DNA from: a virus
Lineage: Duplodnaviria > Caudoviricetes
DNA length: 59,057 nt
Reading direction: 5' to 3' (one strand)
IMG/VR virus record: IMGVR_UViG_3300037524_000403
Span: 1 to 59,057 of that record
Shown: one piece after another, positions 9,103 through 18,061 of the stretch
Layout of the letters: each line of letters starts with the position of its first letter
Numbering within the stretch: position 1 is the stretch's first letter
Position numbers and translations under genes: made by a program
The notes under the pieces: generated by a model
What the model saw: only the letters and a program-made list of their open reading frames with translations
The model's database searches: none
What the model was told of the DNA's origin: nothing

Positions 9103-9707
9103 TGTCAGGTCGGACAAAGACGACGGTATCCAATCTTGCCCTCCGCGAGATTGGAACATACCGGATTGATGACTACGATGAGGACAGCGCCGAGGCAGAG
9201 GTCATCCGTGATGTATGGGATGATACTGTCCGATCTTGCCTTGGTAGGCATGAGTGGCGCTTTGCTATGAAGCAGGTTCAGCTTCAGAAAAGCCCGACTC
9301 CTCCATCAGCCCGGTATGAATATCAGTACAGGTTGCCGTCTGATTATGTTCGCCTGAGCGCTGTTTCAGACAGAGATACAATGGAGCCCATTACGGATTG
9401 GGACGTTGTTTATACTGACAACGCCCCCACTCCGACTGTCATTACAAATGCAGATGCTTGTTATATTGAGTACGTAGCTTTGCTAGAAGACCCTGAGACG
9501 TGGGCTCCACATTTTGTAGATTACTTTGTTGCGGTCTTGGCGTCTAAGATCGCCTCCCCTTTGAAAAGCACAGTAGAGCGTAGCCGTCTTGTGGATTATG
9601 CGGAGAGGTCTGCTCTTCCAATGGCTCGCTCTGCCGACTCGACCATGCAGCCGCCTAAGCGGCCTCCGCTCGGGAACTGGATTAAAGCAATGAAGATGGG
9701 TGGCTGA
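9102..9707 (+). CDS. Tail tubular protein A / adaptor (T7 gp11-like)
   Basis: SNLALREIG, HEWRFAMK and YQYRLPSDYVRL motifs. Confidence 0.85.
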   Translation: MSGRTKTTVSNLALREIGTYRIDDYDEDSAEAEVIRDVWDDTVRSCLGRHEWRFAMKQVQLQKSPTPPSARYEYQYRLPSDYVRLSAVSDRDTMEPITDWDVVYTDNAPTPTVITNADACYIEYVALLEDPETWAPHFVDYFVAVLASKIASPLKSTVERSRLVDYAERSALPMARSADSTMQPPKRPPLGNWIKAMKMGG

Positions 9708-12700
9708 TGGGAGCCATAAACGCGCCCATAATTACATTTACTGGCGGGGTTATTGGTCCTCTCCTGCATAATCGCGTAGACATTCAGAGCTACCCAACCG
9801 CTGCCGAAGAGCAATTGAATTGCTGGCCGTACGCGCAGGGACCACTAGATCGTAGACCGCCCCTAAAGTTCATTGATGAGTTTGTTAATTCGTCTCAAAA
9901 GGGGAAGCTTATCCCGTTCGTCTTCTCTGTTGACCAGAGCTATATTGTTCTTGCGACAGAGAGCGGGTTTGAGTTCTTTACTCAAGACGGGAAAATAGAG
10001 ATTGATAACATTTCAACGCAGACTGCGGACTCGTCTTTTACAGAAAACCCGACAGTTGATTTAACGCAGATTGCGAACATCTGGGCCTCTTCAACTGGTG
10101 GAACTGGGTCAATTGCGGCTCTCAGGGATGGAAATCCAGCGACGTGGTGGGAGAGCACGGCTGATGATACTCAATGGATTGCTTTTGACTTTGGTTCGCC
10201 AAGACTTCTGAGGCAGGTTCGTATCTCTTCAGGAACGATAGAGTTTGACAGGTGCCCAAATGTAGTCCGTGTGGAAGTTAGCACGAATGGTGCATTCACT
10301 GGCGAACAGGTCACGGTTTACGGCCCAGTAAGCATTGGCAACTTTGCTGCTCTTGAAACAAAGATTATAAGTTTTTCAAATGCGACGACTGCAAGGTACG
10401 CGCGCATTGTTATGACTGGAAAGCAGGAGGCATTTGGCGGAGCCAACGAGTATAGAATAGCCGGTATCCAGCTATACGATACAAGGTGGTGGGATATAAG
10501 CAAAGGTGCCGCATCGTCATTGATCTCAAACGGCAACCTTTACCTAGATAGCGACGGGGCGAATGAGTCTGCTGTTTTGCAGGAAATTAGCACTTCCAGT
10601 CCTAACTCCTACCACGTTATTAAGATAAAGGTGTTTCACGGACCTATAAATGTTGATGTTGGGACAACAGACACAAATAATGATCTTGCGAGTGTGACCG
10701 GACTCAATACCGGGACACACTACATCACCGTTACGCCAAACCAGTCAAACTTCTTCATCAAGCTGTATCACGACGACAATGCTGGCCGCATTGTTGAGTC
10801 TTGCGAGATTGTCACCGGGACGACCAGGTTGCTCGTTGAGCACCCATACTTGGAAGAAGATCTTCCCTACTTGCACTTCCAGCAAATTGGCGATGTGCTG
10901 TATATAGCTAATGGGGAATACTGGACGCGGAAGCTTGTTCGCCGTGGTCATCGTTCGTGGAGTGTTGAGCGGTTCTTGCCAAATGATGGTCCATTTGGGA
11001 CGCAAAACGCAGATACTATGACCTTGGCTCCGTCTGCTACGAGCGGGCAGATTATACTCACATCCTCAAAGCCGTACTTTGACGCCCAAGATGATGAGGA
11101 TTGTTTGTTTGAGATAACCGGAGCTGGGCAGGCATCAGAGCTTACGGCGAACGCTGGCGATAAATATACGTCTGGGATCAAGGTGTACGGCGTTGCTGAT
11201 GCCCAGCGAACATTCCAAGTCGAGATCACCGGGTCATTTATTGGGACGATCAGGCTCCAGCGAAGCTCTGGGAATGAGAACAACTATACAGACTTCCGGT
11301 CCTACACTTCCCCAGTCGTGGAGGCTATAGACGACAACCTTGATAACCAGGTGTGGTTCTATCGCCTTGCCATAAAGCCAGGAGAGTTCACGTCTGGGAC
11401 TGTGAATCTCAGAATCTGGTTTGCTGGTGGCTCAACCACGGGGCGGTGCCGAGTTATATCTGTCACGTCCCCAACGACAGCTATCGCAGAGGTTCTTTCT
11501 GAGTTCTCGAATACGTCTCCGTCAACGACTTGGAAGCGGGGGGAGTGGAGCAAGAAAGACGGCTTTCCTGTCTCCGTTACCAGAGGCTTTGGCCGCTTAT
11601 GGCTTGGCCGTGGCATTAAGTTGTGGGGTTCAAAGTCAGATAATTTCGCCTCGTTTGAGGCCGGTGCTGAGGCAGACAATGCCATCTCGTTTACGCTGGC
11701 CGCGCCATCTAGCGATGCAATTCGCTCTTTAGCCTTTCTCCAGCATCTATTCATAGGCACGGCGACAACTGAGAGCATTGGCCTTGGCAATACTCAGTCA
11801 GAGCCCGTAGGCCCGTCTAACTTCCAGATCATTCAATCGAGTGAAGAGGGGGTTGCCAAGATCATGCCGGTGACGGTTGCTGGGTCCGTTCTGTACCCGC
11901 ATCGCAACCTAAGCAAGTTGATGCAGTTTACGCAAAATCCAAAGGCTCTTTCTGAAACATCTTACATCTCTGTGGACCTTAACCGCCTTAGCCCGGATCT
12001 TCTAAAGTCAAAGATTACATCCATTGGCGTCCAGAGCGAGCCAGAGCGGCGTAATTACCTTGTCATGGGTGATGGCTCAGTGATGGCGCTCCTTTTCCGA
12101 AGAGAAGAGGATGTTGTTGCGTGGTCTATGCTGAGGACTGATGGGCGCTTTGAGGACATACAGGTTATTTCTCAAAGTGACCAAGACGCAGTTTACGCCA
12201 TTGTAAGGCGTAAGATTGGCGGCGTGTGGAAGCGCTATATCGAGCGTTTTGGCAGGGAAGATCCGCTTGTTGATGAAGAGCGGTTCCACCTTGATAGCTA
12301 CCTTAGCTACGAGCTTCAGCGGCCAAACGCGGTCGCGGAGCCGGATGCCACATCAGGCACGATTACGGTCACGACGGATAGCGCGGCGTTTGATCTTGGC
12401 GATGTTGGGTCTGTCATTTGGATTAATGGTGGCCGTGGCCAGATCACAAGCTACACCTCCCCGACAGAGGTTGAGGTTGAGGTGTGGTCTGACCTTGAAA
12501 ATACGGATACGGCGGCTCCTGGCCTTTGGGGGTTCAATCCTGAGTTCTCAACTGTAGCTGGCCTTGGCCACCTTGAGGGCAAGACGGTCAGTCTCTACGG
12601 GGATCGGTTAGACCTTGGCACTGCCGTTGTCTCTGGCGGAAGCGTATCGCTTCCAAAGGCGTGCAGCATTATCCACGTCGGTCTTCCCTATGAGAGCAGG

Positions 12701-13024
12701 TTCAAATCTCTAAAGCTGAGTTATGGCGCTCAGAAAGGCACAGCCTTGAACATGCCTAAGGCAGTTAAGAACATTGGCTTCCTTCTTTTCAAGGCTGGTA
12801 CACACGGGATTTACTTTGGCCACTCGTTCAAGAATATGAAGCCGCTTATCCTAAAAAGCGGAAATACGCCGGTTGGGGAGCCGGATAGGTTATTCACTGG
12901 AGAGAAATTCGAGGCCTTTGATGCTCGTTACAACGAGGACGCGCGCATTTGCATCAAGTGGACGGGCTGCGCTCCTGGGGCCATTGCAGGAATCATCGCC
13001 GCCATCGACGAACACGACAGATGA
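9707..13024 (+). CDS. Tail tubular protein B / nozzle (T7 gp12-like) with inserted discoidin-like domain
   Basis: TFTGGVIGP start, GPLDRRPPLKF, LIPFVFS, VVAWS and VGLPYES motifs; 1105 aa. Confidence 0.85.
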   Translation: MGAINAPIITFTGGVIGPLLHNRVDIQSYPTAAEEQLNCWPYAQGPLDRRPPLKFIDEFVNSSQKGKLIPFVFSVDQSYIVLATESGFEFFTQDGKIEIDNISTQTADSSFTENPTVDLTQIANIWASSTGGTGSIAALRDGNPATWWESTADDTQWIAFDFGSPRLLRQVRISSGTIEFDRCPNVVRVEVSTNGAFTGEQVTVYGPVSIGNFAALETKIISFSNATTARYARIVMTGKQEAFGGANEYRIAGIQLYDTRWWDISKGAASSLISNGNLYLDSDGANESAVLQEISTSSPNSYHVIKIKVFHGPINVDVGTTDTNNDLASVTGLNTGTHYITVTPNQSNFFIKLYHDDNAGRIVESCEIVTGTTRLLVEHPYLEEDLPYLHFQQIGDVLYIANGEYWTRKLVRRGHRSWSVERFLPNDGPFGTQNADTMTLAPSATSGQIILTSSKPYFDAQDDEDCLFEITGAGQASELTANAGDKYTSGIKVYGVADAQRTFQVEITGSFIGTIRLQRSSGNENNYTDFRSYTSPVVEAIDDNLDNQVWFYRLAIKPGEFTSGTVNLRIWFAGGSTTGRCRVISVTSPTTAIAEVLSEFSNTSPSTTWKRGEWSKKDGFPVSVTRGFGRLWLGRGIKLWGSKSDNFASFEAGAEADNAISFTLAAPSSDAIRSLAFLQHLFIGTATTESIGLGNTQSEPVGPSNFQIIQSSEEGVAKIMPVTVAGSVLYPHRNLSKLMQFTQNPKALSETSYISVDLNRLSPDLLKSKITSIGVQSEPERRNYLVMGDGSVMALLFRREEDVVAWSMLRTDGRFEDIQVISQSDQDAVYAIVRRKIGGVWKRYIERFGREDPLVDEERFHLDSYLSYELQRPNAVAEPDATSGTITVTTDSAAFDLGDVGSVIWINGGRGQITSYTSPTEVEVEVWSDLENTDTAAPGLWGFNPEFSTVAGLGHLEGKTVSLYGDRLDLGTAVVSGGSVSLPKACSIIHVGLPYESRFKSLKLSYGAQKGTALNMPKAVKNIGFLLFKAGTHGIYFGHSFKNMKPLILKSGNTPVGEPDRLFTGEKFEAFDARYNEDARICIKWTGCAPGAIAGIIAAIDEHDR

Positions 13025-13046
13025 GAAGGATAGCTGGCAGGCTAAG

Positions 13047-13463
13047 ATGGCTAAGGCGGGCCATCAATTCATACCTATACAGCCGTCCCACATATCACTC
13101 TTCGCCGTATCCCATAACTGCGAGGAGCCAAAATTTGAGGATGTATTCGGATATAGCTTGGTGGATCGCCACTACCTGCCGCTCGCGTGCGCTGGACTCT
13201 ACTTCGAGCCGGAAGGAACGGTAACGATCTTTGCCCATCTTGGGCCTTGGATGAGAATTTATAGCGTCCCTATCCTTAGGCTGACGAGGAATGTCTTCCA
13301 AACAGCGAGAGACATAGGTGTAAAGGAGTGCTTTTGCATAGCGGAGGAGTCTGTCGGCCCAAAGGCTCGGTCAACAATTGAATACTTTGGTGGGGAGTAT
13401 ACGGGGAAGGACAGTGAGTTTGGTCCTATCTACAAACTCGATTTGACCAAGTGTAAGTTGTGA
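13047..13463 (+). CDS. T7 gp13-like (acetyltransferase-fold) protein; start uncertain
   Basis: Position after the nozzle gene; size and C-terminal pattern. Confidence 0.5.
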   Translation: MAKAGHQFIPIQPSHISLFAVSHNCEEPKFEDVFGYSLVDRHYLPLACAGLYFEPEGTVTIFAHLGPWMRIYSVPILRLTRNVFQTARDIGVKECFCIAEESVGPKARSTIEYFGGEYTGKDSEFGPIYKLDLTKCKL

Positions 13464-13470
13464 GGCTTCT

Positions 13471-13962
13471 GTGCTTTCATTTGAAGAAGCCCATCGTCTT
13501 TGGTTCTACGACGAAGAAACTGGGATTTTTACGTGGAAGACCCCTCCTATTGCGACGGTGAAGGTAGGCGACAGGGCGGATCACCCGTGGGGCGTAAGAG
13601 CCCGCCGTGTAATGTCCAAGGGCAAGAAGTATTTTGCTCATAGAGTTGCTTGGCTAATGGTCCACGGAGAATGGCCAAATGCCCCCATCGATCACATAGA
13701 TTGCAACGCAAGCAATAATGCTCTGAATAATCTTAGGCTTTGTACGCCAGCACAAAATTCCTGGAACAGGGCTGCCTCAGCAAACAACAAGACAAGTGGA
13801 AGAAAGGGTGTTTGCTACGACAGGTTTTCTAATAGGTGGGCTGCTTACATGAACGCCCACGGCAAGAGGGTACTTAAAAGATCATTCAAAACAAGAGAAG
13901 AGGCTGAGGCTGCCCATGCAGAGGCAGCTCGAAAGCATCACGGGCAGTTCGCTAGGTTCTAG
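13471..13962 (+). CDS. HNH endonuclease with AP2-like C-terminal domain
   Basis: AHRVAW, IDHIDCNASNNALNNLR, SGRKGV and HHGQFAR motifs. Confidence 0.88.
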   Translation: MLSFEEAHRLWFYDEETGIFTWKTPPIATVKVGDRADHPWGVRARRVMSKGKKYFAHRVAWLMVHGEWPNAPIDHIDCNASNNALNNLRLCTPAQNSWNRAASANNKTSGRKGVCYDRFSNRWAAYMNAHGKRVLKRSFKTREEAEAAHAEAARKHHGQFARF

Positions 13963-13980
13963 TCCAACTGGAGGGGAACT

Positions 13981-14223
13981 ATGACGACGCAAGAGAAAAC
14001 GAATGTTGTTCCGATCAGGGCAAACATCGTGATCGAAAAAGAAAAGGATAATGAGCCTACTGTGAATGACATTCTTGATGACGCCAAGAAGCGTGAGCTT
14101 ACGGATTGCATCATCATTGGAAGAACCAAGGATGAGATGCTGTATTTCTCAACAACGGTAAATGAGTTTGAGTTTGTCTGGTTTTGCGAGCGGGCAAAGC
14201 AGGCGGTGATGGGGGACGAGTAG
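13981..14223 (+). CDS. Hypothetical protein (resembles the C-half of 34996..35385)
   Basis: GGAGG RBS; IIIGRTKDEMLYFSTT. Confidence 0.6.
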   Translation: MTTQEKTNVVPIRANIVIEKEKDNEPTVNDILDDAKKRELTDCIIIGRTKDEMLYFSTTVNEFEFVWFCERAKQAVMGDE

Positions 14224-14709
14224 ATGGCATTCGCTGCTGCGATAGGCCCGATCATTGGAGGTATTGCCTCCATAGCGGGGGCAATGATTTCAGCCCGCGC
14301 GATGCAGCAGCAGGCCGATGCCCAGGAGGAGATTGCTGAGTACAACGCCGCCCGTGAGCGTGAGAAGGCTGCCCTTGCTCAGGCTAAGGGCGCTCTAGAG
14401 TCCAGCAAGAAGGGCAAGGAGTATGACCGCGCCTCGGCACAAGCCCGTGCGGTGCAAGCCCAATCTGGCGTCTCCACGACGGAAGGCACGCCTCTTCTCC
14501 AGCAGGAAGACTTTGCTGCTCAGAAGTTTTGGGACCAAAATATCATAATGAGCGACGCAATTATCGAACAAAGGGACCGATTAAACAAAGCTGAAATCAC
14601 AAAATACGAAGGTGCCGTCCAGGCTCAAGCTTCAAGAGCGCAAGCGACGGCCTCCTTAATAGGAGGGGTGGCGAGCGGTGTTAAGGGACTGGCGTCGGCG
14701 TTCGGATGA
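14224..14709 (+). CDS. Internal virion/ejection protein (T7 gp14-like)
   Basis: Hydrophobic Gly/Ala N-terminus, AQSGV...GTPL motif, Ala/Gln-rich helix. Confidence 0.75.
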   Translation: MAFAAAIGPIIGGIASIAGAMISARAMQQQADAQEEIAEYNAAREREKAALAQAKGALESSKKGKEYDRASAQARAVQAQSGVSTTEGTPLLQQEDFAAQKFWDQNIIMSDAIIEQRDRLNKAEITKYEGAVQAQASRAQATASLIGGVASGVKGLASAFG

Positions 14710-15194
14710 CATACGAAGAGGCTAACCGCCTATGGCGGTACGATCCAACAACCGGCTTCCTGCATTGGAAGATCAAGCCGTACAAGAGCCGCCAAAATCC
14801 GGGTGACAGGGCTGATAGCTCTATAAAGAGATACCGAGTCACACACTACAAGGGCGTGAATTATCTAGCTCATAGAGTTGCTTGGCTTCTCACTTACGGT
14901 GACTGGCCGGAAAAGAACATAGACCACATCGACAACGATGGTCACAACAACAAGATCGAGAATCTTAGGCTTTGTGAAAGATGGCAAAATTCCGCGAATA
15001 GGCGGAAACCGTCCAACAATAGTTCTGGGTTCAAGGGAGTGAGTTGGGTGGCCAGAAAGGGGCGTTGGAGGGCATCTCTTATGGTGAATGGAAAGTCGGT
15101 TTTCCAGAGAACATTCAAGACACCAGAAGAGGCTTACGACGCATATTGCCGAGAGGCTGCTAAGCATCATGGCCACTTTGCGAGGGTCGCTTAA
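14706..15194 (+). CDS. HNH endonuclease with AP2-like domain (paralog of 13471..13962)
   Basis: AHRVAW, IDHIDNDGHNNKIENLR and SGFKGV motifs. Confidence 0.88.
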   Translation: MTYEEANRLWRYDPTTGFLHWKIKPYKSRQNPGDRADSSIKRYRVTHYKGVNYLAHRVAWLLTYGDWPEKNIDHIDNDGHNNKIENLRLCERWQNSANRRKPSNNSSGFKGVSWVARKGRWRASLMVNGKSVFQRTFKTPEEAYDAYCREAAKHHGHFARVA

Positions 15195-18061
15195 TGGCGC
15201 GTGTTCCACAGGCACAAGATATTGGCGTCTCCTCGTTCAACGTCGGCTCGGCAGCCCAGATTGACATTGGCGTAGCCAAGGAGATTGGCCGCGCTGGGAG
15301 CGCCATTGGAGACGCAGTGGCGGCTCTTGGCGGAGCTTTTGGGGAGCTGGCTGGCCGCGTTCAGGCGACAGAGCAAGCTGGTGCGTACTCAGGTCTGATG
15401 AATGACCTGTACGATGCGGACGCCAGGATTGAGACTGACGCGATTAAGAACGATGCCCCTGATGGCTCCAATTGGGATAATGCCGGAACACAGTTTGGAG
15501 CGTATTCTAAGGAGTGGCAGAACGACCCTCGTTGGGGGATGCTGACCCCAAAACAAAAGGCTCAGGCTGAGAACGCTTATCGTGATTTGAGCCGGAATAG
15601 GGTCATTGGCCCAAGCAGCTACCTTGAGCGTTCTCGCAAAGCCAAGGTTGGGTTCCAGATCGGGAAGATTGGAGAGACTGCGGCCACCTCTATGGGCCGT
15701 CTCTCCCTTGATGACCCTCGCAACCAAGACATCCCACCTCAGGTCTACGGTTCCCGCGTAGACGCAGAGCGTGATCTTGTGTTCAGCCGCATCGATGCGA
15801 TGACGGGCACGGTCTTTAATCAGACTGAGGCTGAGGCGCTAAAGGAGCAGTACAAAGCTCAGTTCGTGCAGCGTAAGGCAGAGTTCCTTATGCGCAGCCC
15901 TGAGGGCGCACAGAACTTTATTGATGAGTACAACAAGCTCCCGAAGGAAAAGCTTCAAAAGCCGTCTTACCTTGGAGCCCCTGATAGCAAGGTAGATACG
16001 GGAGTCTCCGCCGGTCCTGATGCCCCTGACTACAGAGGTCGGAAAGGCCCAGCCTCTATCCGCTACAACAACCCTGGTGCGATGTGGCCAGGGCCTAGCT
16101 CTAAGAAGTTTGGTGCTGTTGGCCACGTAAATCTCAAGGATGGCCAAGGCAATAAGATTGCGGTGTTTCCTACTGCCGTTCATGGGGCGGCAGCTCAGTT
16201 TGATTTGCTGAGCAGAAAATATACCGGGAAAACGCTGCGTTCTGCCATCTCCACATGGAGCGGTGGCAACTCTGTAGGAACCTACCTCAAGGTTCTTGAG
16301 CGTGAGATTGGCATCTCCGCGAATACCAAGCTCACAAAGGAGATGATTGCCGACCCTCGCATAGCCATTCCCTTGGCCAAGGCGATGGGTGTCCAGGAAG
16401 CGGGCAAGCCGTTCCCCATGAGCGACAAGGGATGGGCTAACGCCCATGCCATGTTTCTTGGGAAGTCCCCTGAGATAGTCCCCTCAACGTCAGGGGAGAT
16501 CCAGGTTGCGGACGCAGAGGGCAGGACCGTACCCTCTGGCATGATGAAGCTTGGCGCTGAAGAGGTTGAGGTTGCCAAGGAAGTTTCTGACAGTGTTGGC
16601 CTTGACGTTGGCCGCTTTGCCACGCTCCCGCCAGATACGAAGCTCTCTGAAGCTGGCCTTACCCCTGAAGAAGTCTCCGCTCTTGAGTCCCGCTTCCCTG
16701 GCGTTGACATTGGTGAGGTTACGGTAGGAGAGGCGGCGGAGCTTGTTGAGGAGACAGGCTTCAAGCCAGACATGGGCGGTGGCTCTGCCCCGTCTATGAA
16801 CGATGCTCCCAAGGAGGAGCAAGAGGCTGAGGAGCAGCCAGACCTAGAGGAGCGTCTTGTCTCTGGCGCTGAGATGCGCGTCAAGGTTGGGAACGGGCAT
16901 ATGACGTTCTCTGCTGACGAGATGAAGTATTTCACTCCTAAAATGATGAAGCAGATTGAGAGGGATTTTCGCGCACGCCAGGCTCTTGCCAAGAAGCAAA
17001 ATCAAGTCTTGGCAGACGAGATGATGAAGGCCCAGATCAATAGCTGGGAACAAGAGAACAAGCCGGTTGATCCTAAGTTCATCAACCAAAAGGTCATTGA
17101 TGCGGCCTATCCGCCGGGAACGCCTAAGCGTGCTGCCTACGATAGGAAGGTGGCTGTTCTTGAATCGACGGCAAAAATCTTTTCAACTGCTGGAGACAAG
17201 AGCACAGAGGAGTTGATGTATGAGGTTGAGGCTCTTGAGCCAAAGCAATCCAGCTTCTCGACTCCTGATGAGTACAACGCCGCTGTAGCTGCTTATCGGT
17301 CTGCTGATCGGAAACTACAAAAGACATTGTATCTTCGTGACAATGACCCGGCTGCGGCTGTTGAGTCATCTACTCTGGTGCAGAACGTCCTCTCCAAGTT
17401 TGAGGGCGGAAAGCCAAAGAGCCAGGCCGAGAAGAAGATGCTTATCGATGCTCGGATGCTGGCCCAGCGCCAGATAGGAATCCCTGAGGATCGCCGCTCC
17501 CCCATTACAGACAAGGAAGCAAAGTTCTACGCAACCAAGTTGAGGGACGTTCCTGAGGAGGGCGTTCCCGCTCGGATTGAGGAGTTGGCGGAGTCGGTCA
17601 AGAAAAACTACGGCGCAGAATACACAGGCCTTGTTGTTCGCTCAGTCATCAAGGAGTTTGTCAGGTCTGGAGCGCAGCGTGAGGAAATGGTTAGCTTTGC
17701 GCAAAAGCTTGTCACCTCACGCGACATTGGACCGATGGAGTATGAGGATATTGAGCGATACCAAGAGCAAACTGCAAAGCGCATTACCAACCTTATGAAC
17801 TGGGGCCGCATTCAGGCGGCCCGCAATCAAAAGCCGTGGCGTCAATCTCGGCCTGAGGAGTCCTCCCCGACATTCATGGGCTCCTTGCGGGCTTTTGGTG
17901 ATGTCGCGAGGGGCGCACTGAGTCCTTCTGAGTCAAAGCCCAAGATCACAAAAGATGACATAGCTTCTCTGAAATCCAGCAGGGATGTAACTGGGTTTGC
18001 CAAGAGGTTTGGCATTACAGAGGCCGATGCACTTCGCTATTTGCTGGAGACAAAGCGCTAA
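15194..18061 (+). CDS. Internal virion/ejection protein (gp15-like position) with lysozyme-like domain
   Basis: 955 aa; central SIRYNNPGAM...AVFPTAVHG...TLRSAISTW segment resembles virion muralytic domains. Confidence 0.7.
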   Translation: MARVPQAQDIGVSSFNVGSAAQIDIGVAKEIGRAGSAIGDAVAALGGAFGELAGRVQATEQAGAYSGLMNDLYDADARIETDAIKNDAPDGSNWDNAGTQFGAYSKEWQNDPRWGMLTPKQKAQAENAYRDLSRNRVIGPSSYLERSRKAKVGFQIGKIGETAATSMGRLSLDDPRNQDIPPQVYGSRVDAERDLVFSRIDAMTGTVFNQTEAEALKEQYKAQFVQRKAEFLMRSPEGAQNFIDEYNKLPKEKLQKPSYLGAPDSKVDTGVSAGPDAPDYRGRKGPASIRYNNPGAMWPGPSSKKFGAVGHVNLKDGQGNKIAVFPTAVHGAAAQFDLLSRKYTGKTLRSAISTWSGGNSVGTYLKVLEREIGISANTKLTKEMIADPRIAIPLAKAMGVQEAGKPFPMSDKGWANAHAMFLGKSPEIVPSTSGEIQVADAEGRTVPSGMMKLGAEEVEVAKEVSDSVGLDVGRFATLPPDTKLSEAGLTPEEVSALESRFPGVDIGEVTVGEAAELVEETGFKPDMGGGSAPSMNDAPKEEQEAEEQPDLEERLVSGAEMRVKVGNGHMTFSADEMKYFTPKMMKQIERDFRARQALAKKQNQVLADEMMKAQINSWEQENKPVDPKFINQKVIDAAYPPGTPKRAAYDRKVAVLESTAKIFSTAGDKSTEELMYEVEALEPKQSSFSTPDEYNAAVAAYRSADRKLQKTLYLRDNDPAAAVESSTLVQNVLSKFEGGKPKSQAEKKMLIDARMLAQRQIGIPEDRRSPITDKEAKFYATKLRDVPEEGVPARIEELAESVKKNYGAEYTGLVVRSVIKEFVRSGAQREEMVSFAQKLVTSRDIGPMEYEDIERYQEQTAKRITNLMNWGRIQAARNQKPWRQSRPEESSPTFMGSLRAFGDVARGALSPSESKPKITKDDIASLKSSRDVTGFAKRFGITEADALRYLLETKR

